Origin: Armatimonadia bacterium
Lineage (GTDB): Bacteria; Armatimonadota; Zipacnadia; Zipacnadales; UBA11051
Assembly: GCA_039683575.1 (NCBI GenBank)
Contig: JBDKRC010000174.1
Coordinates: 1-10,942 of the forward strand
Reading direction: 5' to 3'
Length of the DNA: 10,942 nt
The position numbers and the translations under genes are program-made. Positions 1 through 6,584 of the stretch are shown piece by piece. The notes under the pieces are model-generated. The model did no database searches. It worked only from the letters and a program-made list of their open reading frames with translations, and was not told where the DNA came from. The stretch's first letter is position 1. Each line of letters starts with the position of its first letter.

Positions 1-1
1 C

Positions 2-193
2 GACACGCAAATAGTTCTCGGCACCGGCACCCCGCAGGAGGTCAAAGACGAGGTCCGCCGCCGCTGCGACGACCTCGCCCCCGGCGGCGGCTTCATGTTC
101 TGCCAGGTCCACAACATCCAACCCAACGTCCCGCCAGAGAACATCACGGCGAGGTACGAGGCGCTGGACGAATATCCTGGTTCATCTTCATAG
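2..193 (+). CDS. Uroporphyrinogen decarboxylase (URO-D/MtaA-CmuA-like) family protein, C-terminal fragment (5' end outside window)
   Basis: Frame 2 reads DTQIVLGTGTPQEVKDEVRRRCDDLAPGGGFMFCQVHNIQPNVPPENITARYEALDEYPGSSS*, with stop TAG at 191-193. The GTPxEV...GGGF...HNIQ...PPEN pattern is typical of URO-D-family C-termini. Not in the ORF track. Confidence 0.88.
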   Translation, partial: DTQIVLGTGTPQEVKDEVRRRCDDLAPGGGFMFCQVHNIQPNVPPENITARYEALDEYPGSSS

Positions 194-304
194 GGCGGGC
201 GTCTCGCCCGTCTCCGGCCGTTTCTGCTGGAGGGGCCGCGCTTCAGCCGGCCCAAGCCGTTATCACCGACCCGGCCGCCTGTAGGAGCGGTCACCAGACC
301 GCGA
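190..304 (+). repeat. Cluster of three REP-like hairpins
   Basis: ATAG-GG-CGGGCG-TCT-CGCCCG (190-210); GGAG-GGGCCG-N9-CGGCCC (229-253); GTAG-GA-GCGGTC-ACCA-GACCGC-GA (281-304). A tetranucleotide followed by a GC-rich palindrome is the GTAG-family REP architecture. Confidence 0.7.
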
Positions 305-374
305 TCATCTACGACTAACCAACGCAACACATGGATTCCACCGTACTCCATCAACCCACGGGAGCCTTGACCAA

Positions 375-1334
375 ATGCCACTAGTAGACATGCCGCTCGA
401 AAAACTGAAGACCTACGAAGGCCGCAACCCCCGACCCGCCGACCATACCGACTACTGGGACCGCGCGCTCGCCGAGATGCACGCCCTCGATCCGCAGCTC
501 GAGCTCGTCCCCGCTCCCTTCCAGGTCCCCAACGCCGAATGCTTTGATCTGTACTTCACTGGCGTCAAGGGCGCACGCGTCCATGCCAAATATCTCCGAC
601 CCACCAATGCTCCTGCCCCGCATCCGGCAATCTGCCAATTCCACGGCTACACCGGCAGTTGTGGCGACTGGCATGACAAGCTCGGCTACGTCTCCCTCGG
701 CTATTCGGTCTTTGCGCTGGACTGCCGCGGCCAGGGCGGGCGCTCCGAGGACGCGGGCTGCGTCATCGGCAACACCCAGCGCGGGCACATCATCCGCGGC
801 CTTGACGACGACCCGGACAACCTGCTCTTCCGCCAGATGTACCTAGACACCGCCCAGTTGGCGGGCATCGCCATGAGCATGCCCGAAGTGGATCCTGGCC
901 GTGTCGCCGCCATGGGCGGCTCCCAGGGCGGCGGGCTGACCCTCGCTTGCGCCTCACTGGAGCCCCGCATCAAGAAGGCCGTCCCGGTCTTCCCGTTCCT
1001 TTGCGACTACCTGCGCGTGTGGGAGATGGACCTGGCGATTGGCGCGTACGATGAGATCAAGACCTACTTCCGGATGTTCGACCCGCGCCACGACCGCCAC
1101 CAGGAGATCTTCACCAAGCTCGGCTACATTGACTGTCAGTTCCTCGCCCCGCGCATCAAGGGCGAGGTCCTGATGGCAGTAGGCCTGATGGACACCACCT
1201 GCCCGCCGTCGACGCAGTTCGCGGCCTTCAACAAGATCACGTCCGAAAAGAAACTCGCGATCTTCCCCGACTTCGGCCACGAGGGCCTGCCGGGATTCTA
1301 CGATGAGGCGATGCAGTTCCTGTGCGAGTGGTAG
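375..1334 (+). CDS. Acetyl xylan esterase / cephalosporin-C deacetylase (CE7, alpha/beta hydrolase)
   Basis: 319 aa with the CE7 signature motifs RGQ (DCRGQGG), GxSQG (GGSQGGG) and HE (FGHE), plus FHGY and the catalytic Asp region GLMDTTCPPSTQFAAFN. GGGAG RBS-like site at ~360-365. No signal peptide. Confidence 0.93.
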   Translation: MPLVDMPLEKLKTYEGRNPRPADHTDYWDRALAEMHALDPQLELVPAPFQVPNAECFDLYFTGVKGARVHAKYLRPTNAPAPHPAICQFHGYTGSCGDWHDKLGYVSLGYSVFALDCRGQGGRSEDAGCVIGNTQRGHIIRGLDDDPDNLLFRQMYLDTAQLAGIAMSMPEVDPGRVAAMGGSQGGGLTLACASLEPRIKKAVPVFPFLCDYLRVWEMDLAIGAYDEIKTYFRMFDPRHDRHQEIFTKLGYIDCQFLAPRIKGEVLMAVGLMDTTCPPSTQFAAFNKITSEKKLAIFPDFGHEGLPGFYDEAMQFLCEW

Positions 1335-1367
1335 ATGAGTCGCCGTTCGCACAACCCAACCAGCCGT

Positions 1368-1507
1368 GTAGTGCGGGCGTCCCGCCCGCCTCCGAGCAGC
1401 TTCGCAAGAGTCGTACGAGCGGCATCCATGCGACCGCCGCGGTCGCCACGCGAGGGTAGCGCCAGCCTGTGGGGCTTCCAGCCCCACAGGCTGGGGGTCC
1501 TCCCCAG
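1368..1507 (+). repeat. Cluster of REP-like hairpins
   Basis: GTAG-T-GCGGGCG-TCC-CGCCCGC (1368-1389); GTACGAGCGGCATCCA (1413-1428) followed by GCGACCG-CCG-CGGTCGC (1430-1446); GTAG-CG plus a perfect 14-bp stem CCAGCCTGTGGGGC-TTCCA-GCCCCACAGGCTGG (1456-1494); CTGGGG-GTCCT-CCCCAG (1491-1507). Confidence 0.75.
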
Positions 1508-1539
1508 ACCTTACCAGAGCAACTAGGGGGTAAGAGACC

Positions 1540-2223
1540 ATGAAGCGCCTTTGGAGAGACGGACCCGCCGCCAACCCCATCAACGCCGTCCCCGATGGCT
1601 ACGATGGCCCGCGCTGCACCTGGAAGTACAAGCTCAATTTCGACGACAGCCTGGGCCGCCCGGTCATCTGCGGCTTGCCCGCCTGGGAGGAGGCTGGCCA
1701 GCCGGAGCCCCGCTGCCTGCTGCACGCCCGCCGCAAGCCTGAATGCTTCTATGAGCTCCTTCTGGAGCTCATAGAAGAGGGCGCGGACATTTCCGAGGCC
1801 CGCCTTGAGTACCTCGACCTGCCCGGGATTGACTTCTCCGGCATGGGTGCGGAGGGGCTCTTGTGCAACGGCGCGAACCTGCGCGGAGCCAACTTCTCCG
1901 AGGCCGGCATTAGCTTCGTGACCTTCGACGGCGCCGACCTCACCGGGGCCTGCTTCGAGAAGGCGATGGGCATGCACACCGAGTTCAACGGCGCCTGCCT
2001 GCGCGACGCCAACCTGCGCGACGTAGACATCGAGTTCGCCGAGTTCCGGGGTGCCGACCTCAGGGGAGCCGATCTCACCAACGCCAACTTCGAGCAAGCC
2101 TGGGTCAACGGCTCCCACCCCCCGCCCGAAGAGTGGCAGGTCAAGCACCTATCCCGGCATGAACTCTTCCCGGACGACGACAATGATATCTGGGACGAGA
2201 TTTCGTGGAGCCACCTCAAGTAA
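1540..2223 (+). CDS. Pentapeptide repeat protein with N-terminal Cys3His motif
   Basis: About 22 consecutive in-register pentapeptides at residues 82-191 (e.g. ANLRG, ANFSE, ADLTG, ANLRD, ADLRG, ADLTN). N-terminal C26-x17-C44-x14-C59-x2-H62. Acidic C-terminal tail. Confidence 0.9.
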   Translation: MKRLWRDGPAANPINAVPDGYDGPRCTWKYKLNFDDSLGRPVICGLPAWEEAGQPEPRCLLHARRKPECFYELLLELIEEGADISEARLEYLDLPGIDFSGMGAEGLLCNGANLRGANFSEAGISFVTFDGADLTGACFEKAMGMHTEFNGACLRDANLRDVDIEFAEFRGADLRGADLTNANFEQAWVNGSHPPPEEWQVKHLSRHELFPDDDNDIWDEISWSHLK

Positions 2224-2266
2224 CGGCCCTCCGATCCCGCCGTTGCCTGGCCGTGCCTTTCCGGCT

Positions 2267-2404
2267 GTAGGGCGTAGCGACGTCTGCGTCGCAGGGGGCT
2301 CCGTACCCCGCCTGCCGTTATCACCGACCAACCCACGCCCGCCCGTGACCGAGGAATGAGCCTTCGCCTTTACGCAGGCCCCCCCGCCCCCTGCGGCGAA
2401 CTAC
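2267..2404. repeat. REP-like hairpins in opposite orientations
   Basis: + strand: GTAGGGC[GTAGCGACGTCTGCGTCGCA]GGGGGCTCCGTACCCCGCC (2267-2312). - strand: GTAG-TTCGCC...GGCGAA (2404 to 2363) with an internal GCAGG/CCTGC stem. Confidence 0.65.
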
Positions 2405-2433
2405 CACCCATCACTCCGGGGGAGCCTCCCACC

Positions 2434-3084
2434 ATGAACACCCTCTATGCTCCCCCCCGTGGCGCTACTGGCAAAATAACTACGTTACCTAGGGAGGAAT
2501 CGTCATGGCAACTCTGAAGCTTTACAGACTGAGAGTGACACTGAAGCGTGGTCCTGTCACAGAGGAGTTCGCCAGAGCGAATCCGACTGTCGCTCGCACT
2601 TTTGAGATTCGGGGGGATCAGACTCTGGACGATCTTCATGAGGCGATTATGCAGGAGTTCCAGCGCTGGGATGCTCATCTTTACGAGTTTGAGATTGAGC
2701 CAAGAGGTAAGAGACAGAATCTTAGCCCGTACTTTGTCCTGCCCTTCGATCTTGAAGAGGGACTCAGTATGGGAGAGGCGACAAGAAACGACGCCACCAA
2801 GACAAAGCTCAGTTCGCTCTACCTCAAGGTTGGGGACGATTTCTCATATCTCTTCGACTACGGCGACGGGTGGCGGCACCTGATAGAGGTCGAGGCCATC
2901 ACAACGCTTCCCATATATCCTCGAGTTGTAGCCAGCGAGGGAGATATCCCGCCCCAGTCTGTCGAGTGGGATGACAGCATGATGATCTACGGCGATCCCT
3001 TTCCAGAAGAGTGGGAGGCGGCGCGCGATGCGCAAGCAGATGACAAGCCTATGCCCGAAGAAGATTTGAAATGAACACCCTCTA
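2434..3084 (+). repeat. Perfect 14-bp direct repeat ATGAACACCCTCTA at 2434-2447 and 3071-3084 flanking the pRiA4b-ORF3 gene
   Basis: Both copies read directly from the sequence, 637 bp apart. The second copy is the first 14 nt of the methyltransferase CDS. Confidence 0.9.
2505..3074 (+). CDS. Plasmid pRiA4b ORF-3 family protein (MM3350 / IS1096 passenger TnpR-like)
   Basis: Motifs RTFEIRGDQTLDDLHEAI...WDAHLYEF, FSYLFDYGDGWRHLIEVE and YPRVV...G..PPQ. Strong RBS AGGGAGG at 2491-2497. Its stop TGA overlaps the next ATG (ATGA, 3071-3074). Confidence 0.88.
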   Translation: MATLKLYRLRVTLKRGPVTEEFARANPTVARTFEIRGDQTLDDLHEAIMQEFQRWDAHLYEFEIEPRGKRQNLSPYFVLPFDLEEGLSMGEATRNDATKTKLSSLYLKVGDDFSYLFDYGDGWRHLIEVEAITTLPIYPRVVASEGDIPPQSVEWDDSMMIYGDPFPEEWEAARDAQADDKPMPEEDLK

Positions 3085-4699
3085 CTACGGCGACAACCTC
3101 GACATCCTCCGCCGCTATATCGCCGACGAGTCGGTGGACCTTGTTTACCTCGACCCGCCCTTCAACTCCAACGCCAACTACAACGTGCTCTTCGCTGAAA
3201 AGGACGGGACGCAGGCCGCCTCGCAGATCAAGGCCTTCGACGATACCTGGACCTGGACTCTCGAAGCGCGCGCGGTTTTCGAGGAACTGGCAGAGCGGCA
3301 GGACCGCGTCGCCGACGCCATGATTGCCTTCCAACGCCTCCTGGGCACCAATGACATGCTGGCCTACCTCACCATGATGGCCCCCCGCCTCGTCGAACTC
3401 CGCCGCGTCCTCAAGCCCACGGGCAGCCTGTACCTCCACTGCGATCCGACGGCGAGTCATTACCTGAAGGTGTTGCTGGATGCGGTCTTTGGCGCGGTGA
3501 ACTACCGCAATGAGATCACGTGGCGGCGGACGAGCGGCCACAATGATGCGAAGCGGAAGTATGCGGACACTACTGACATCATTCTGTTCTACTCGAAAGG
3601 CCCCAAGCACACATTCAACGTTCAATACGCCCCTTATTCCGAGAAGTACATCGAGACGTTTTACGTTCATAAGGACCCGGATGGTCGGCGCTGGCGGCGC
3701 GGTGATCTGAGGAGTCCGAACCCGCGTCCGAATCTCATGTATGACTACAAAGGGCACAGACCGCACAAGAACGGATGGGCGGTCTCGCGGGAACGGATGG
3801 AGCAACTCGATGCGGAAGGACGCCTCCATTGCCCTGCCAAGCCCGACGGTCGGATACAACTGAAACGGTATTTGGACGAGCAACCGGGCATGCCTGTCAC
3901 ATGCTCATGGGATGACATTCCGCCGATTCATGCTCTCACAGCCGAACGCCTCGGCTACCCCACCCAAAAGCCCGAGGCGCTGCTCGAACGCATTATCTCC
4001 GCCTCCTCCAATGAGGGCGACGTTGTCCTCGACCCCTTCTGCGGTTGCGGCACTACCATCGCCGCCGCGCAGAAACTCGGCCGGAAATGGATTGGCGTTG
4101 ACGTGACTCATCTCGCCATCACCCTGATGAAACAGCGGTTGGCGGACCACTTCGGCGAGACTGTGGAGTATCAGGTCGTCGGCGAGCCGACTTCGCTGCC
4201 CGATGCCGAGGCCCTCGCTCTGCAGGACCGCCACCAGTTCGAAATCTGGGCGCTCGGTCTCGTCCATGCCCGGCCCTTCGAAGCCAAGCAAGGTGCCGAC
4301 CGGGGCATTGACGGGCGCATTCGTTTTAATCAGGGTATGAACACGTACGACTGGACCGAGGCGCTGATCTCCGTCAAGTCCGGCAATGTCCACTCCAACG
4401 TGGTATCAGAGCTTCGGGGAGTGGTAGAACGGGAGAAGGCTGCGATTGGGGTTCTTATTACCTTGCACGAACCAACTCGCAACATGATTCGCGAGGCAGT
4501 TGACGCCGGGTTCTACACTTTGCCCTATGACGAGACGAAGAAATACCCGAAGCTGCAGATATTGACGATCGCCGATCTGCTCGCCGGAAAGCAGATTGAG
4601 TGCGGTCCCCTCCACCATAGCGCCGGCACCTTCAAACAGGCCCCGAAGGCTGGTCGCCAATCCGGCCAGATGCAGATTGAAACTGACGCCGACGACTAG
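3071..4699 (+). CDS. Site-specific DNA amino-methyltransferase (N6A/N4C, beta class) fused to a C-terminal Mrr-like PD-(D/E)xK domain
   Basis: Catalytic motif IV DPPF (aa 28-31) precedes the SAM-binding motif I DPFCGCGT (from aa 321), which is beta order. Also GSLYLHCD and YPTQKPEALLERII. The C-terminal ~155 aa carry FEIWA...ADRGIDG...ISVKSG...V.ELRGVVERE.A.IGVLITL, an Mrr_cat-like pattern. Confidence 0.9.
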   Translation: MNTLYYGDNLDILRRYIADESVDLVYLDPPFNSNANYNVLFAEKDGTQAASQIKAFDDTWTWTLEARAVFEELAERQDRVADAMIAFQRLLGTNDMLAYLTMMAPRLVELRRVLKPTGSLYLHCDPTASHYLKVLLDAVFGAVNYRNEITWRRTSGHNDAKRKYADTTDIILFYSKGPKHTFNVQYAPYSEKYIETFYVHKDPDGRRWRRGDLRSPNPRPNLMYDYKGHRPHKNGWAVSRERMEQLDAEGRLHCPAKPDGRIQLKRYLDEQPGMPVTCSWDDIPPIHALTAERLGYPTQKPEALLERIISASSNEGDVVLDPFCGCGTTIAAAQKLGRKWIGVDVTHLAITLMKQRLADHFGETVEYQVVGEPTSLPDAEALALQDRHQFEIWALGLVHARPFEAKQGADRGIDGRIRFNQGMNTYDWTEALISVKSGNVHSNVVSELRGVVEREKAAIGVLITLHEPTRNMIREAVDAGFYTLPYDETKKYPKLQILTIADLLAGKQIECGPLHHSAGTFKQAPKAGRQSGQMQIETDADD

Positions 4700-4948
4700 C
4701 CAGCCTCGACTCACCTACTACGCATGGTAGCAGACTTCCCCAAAGGGGGATTCAGAACCTTCTGGGTCCCCATTTTTGCCTCTCCCTCCACCCCTGCTTT
4801 CGCTTTGTGCAAAGTCGTCACTGACATGGTAGAGGAAATCTTCCAATATCACTATCGGTCAAGATTGATTGTGTCAATGAATGGCTGTTTTGAAGCATTT
4901 GTGGTGCCTTTTGCGCGGGCAGGTGAGGACTTCGCGGATGGTCAATTC

Positions 4949-4973
4949 TATAGTTTGCAGCTCTCCAAGGGAG
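4949..4973 (+). promoter_or_regulatory. Candidate -10 box and RBS upstream of the sulfatase
   Basis: TATAGT at 4949-4954 and AAGGGAG at 4967-4973, 7 nt before ATG 4981. No convincing -35 at canonical spacing. Confidence 0.4.
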
Positions 4974-4980
4974 ACGTACC

Positions 4981-6519
4981 ATGTCCGACCAGAAACGCCC
5001 GAATCTGCTCCTCATCATGACCGACCAGCACCGCGGGGACTGTCTGCGGTGTGATGGTAATGAAGTGATAGAGACCCCCTATTTCGACGAACTGGCCTCG
5101 CAGGGCACGCGCTTTACCGCGGCCTATACGGCCTGTCCGTCCTGCATTCCCGCCCGCGCGACGCTGATGACGGGGATGGACCAGTGGCATACCGGGGTCC
5201 TGGGCATGGGGCGCAGCCGGAGCAATATGACCCAGCACTACGCCCATACGCTGCCGGGGGAGTTGGCGGCGGCGGGGTACCATACCCAGGGCATAGGCAA
5301 GATGCACTTTCACCCGCAGAGGGCCCTGTACGGCTTCCACAACACGATTCTCGATGAAAGCAGCCGCGCCGTCAGCTCGGAATTTGTGAGCGATTACCGC
5401 CGGTGGTTCGAAGAGAACAAAGACGGGCCATACGGCTATCGCGACCACAGCGTGGACTGGAATTCGTGGATGAGCCGCCCCTCGCACCTGCCCGAGCACC
5501 TGCACCCCACGTGGTGGACGGCACAGCAGGGAATTGACTGGCTGGACCGCAGAGACCCGGAGAAGCCGTTTTTCCTGAAAGTAAGCTTCGCCCGCCCCCA
5601 TTCGCCCTACGACCCGCCGCAGGCATATTACGATATGTACCGCGATCGCGAGATGCCGCCCGCGCGGGTGGGCAACTGGTCGCATATCCACGATATACAT
5701 TCTGATGACACCAACGCCTGGCGCTCCCACCGCACCGAGGCTGAGATCCAGCGGGCACGGGCCTGCTACTACGGGAATGTGACCTTCATTGACCACCAGG
5801 TCGGGCGGCTGCTGTACGAGCTGCGGCAGCGGTATCCTGAGGACCACCGCAACACGCTGATCGTCTTTACCTCGGACCACGGGGACATGTTGGGCGACCA
5901 CCATTTATGGCGCAAGACGTACGCGTACGACGGCTCAGCGCGGATTCCGATGATTGTGCGGCCCCCGCTGGGTTGGGACGCGCCACGGGGGCAGGTGCGT
6001 GATGAGGTGGTGGAACTGCGGGATGTGATGCCGACATTCCTCGCCGCGGCAGGGGTGGAGATACCTGAGACTGTGGATGGCATGAGCATGATGCCGCTGG
6101 TCAGCCCTCGCCTAGGTGGGTTCGTCTCGAACCCACAACCGGCCGGGGCCGGGGAGGCGGGTTCAGGGATGAACCCGCCTACGCGACAATGGCGGGACTA
6201 TCTACTCGGCGAGCATGACTGGTGCTACAGCCACGAGCAGGCCTACTACAGCGTCACCGACGGGCGCTGGAAGTACATCTGGTTCCCGTATCTCGGCACC
6301 GAGCAGCTTTTCGACCGGGGGGAAGACCCCGGCGAGGAGCATGACCTGGTGACAGCCGGGCAGGGCGGGGAGGCGCTGGAGAAGTGGCGGCAGGTGATGG
6401 TTGAGGAGCTTAAGGCACGGGACTGCGGGCTGGTGGAGGACGAAAGGCTCGTGACGCTGAGCCTCGATCAGGCGATCCGGAGCCCGAATCTGTATACATA
6501 CGGATGCAGGCCGTCCTAG
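4981..6519 (+). CDS. Cys-type (formylglycine-dependent, S1) sulfatase, cytoplasmic; arylsulfatase/choline-sulfatase-like
   Basis: RPNLLLIMTDQHR start, CxPxR signature CIPARATLMTG (C55), GKMH, PHSPYDPP, NTLIVFTSDHGDMLGDH and WKYI...EQLFD...DPGE. No signal peptide. Confidence 0.95.
   Translation: MSDQKRPNLLLIMTDQHRGDCLRCDGNEVIETPYFDELASQGTRFTAAYTACPSCIPARATLMTGMDQWHTGVLGMGRSRSNMTQHYAHTLPGELAAAGYHTQGIGKMHFHPQRALYGFHNTILDESSRAVSSEFVSDYRRWFEENKDGPYGYRDHSVDWNSWMSRPSHLPEHLHPTWWTAQQGIDWLDRRDPEKPFFLKVSFARPHSPYDPPQAYYDMYRDREMPPARVGNWSHIHDIHSDDTNAWRSHRTEAEIQRARACYYGNVTFIDHQVGRLLYELRQRYPEDHRNTLIVFTSDHGDMLGDHHLWRKTYAYDGSARIPMIVRPPLGWDAPRGQVRDEVVELRDVMPTFLAAAGVEIPETVDGMSMMPLVSPRLGGFVSNPQPAGAGEAGSGMNPPTRQWRDYLLGEHDWCYSHEQAYYSVTDGRWKYIWFPYLGTEQLFDRGEDPGEEHDLVTAGQGGEALEKWRQVMVEELKARDCGLVEDERLVTLSLDQAIRSPNLYTYGCRPS
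6108..6186. repeat. Inverted REP doublet (REPIN/BIME-like) inside the sulfatase CDS
   Basis: CTAG-GTGGGTTCG-TCT-CGAACCCAC (6112-6136, 9-bp stem) and AGGCGGGTTCA-GGGA-TGAACCCGCCT-AC (6155-6182, 11-bp stem, reading GTAG... on the - strand). The outer ends 6108-6123 and 6171-6186 are inverted repeats with 14/16 matches. Confidence 0.8.
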
Positions 6520-6584
6520 GTACGGCAGGGGCTCTTGTCGGCTGTCGGAGCGAGTGCCGCAGGCGGATTGGCTATCGTGTCTCC

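Noticed and set aside
1462-1494. Rho-independent terminator call for the strong hairpin
   Set aside because: No U-tract on either side, and it is preceded by GTAG, so it is better explained as a REP.
2474-2490. Integron attC-like AAC...GTT site in the ORF3 cassette
   Set aside because: TAAC-TAC-GTTA is far too short, GTTACCT does not match GTTRRRY, and there is no integrase.
2448-3070. IS1096 or other IS element around the TnpR-like gene
   Set aside because: No transposase and no terminal inverted repeats were seen inside the direct repeats.
4700-4980. Replication origin suggested by the skew flip and AT-richer gap
   Set aside because: No DnaA boxes (TTATCCACA) or oriC-associated genes were seen.
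4724-5020. 98-aa + strand ORF in the MTase-sulfatase gap
   Set aside because: No RBS or motifs, atypical composition, and it overlaps the sulfatase start.
954-5904. Long minus-strand ORFs 954..1583, 1237..2148, 1749..2336, 2987..3883, 3905..4393 and 4948..5904
   Set aside because: All overlap well-supported + strand genes and lack recognisable motifs. They are typical high-GC shadow ORFs.
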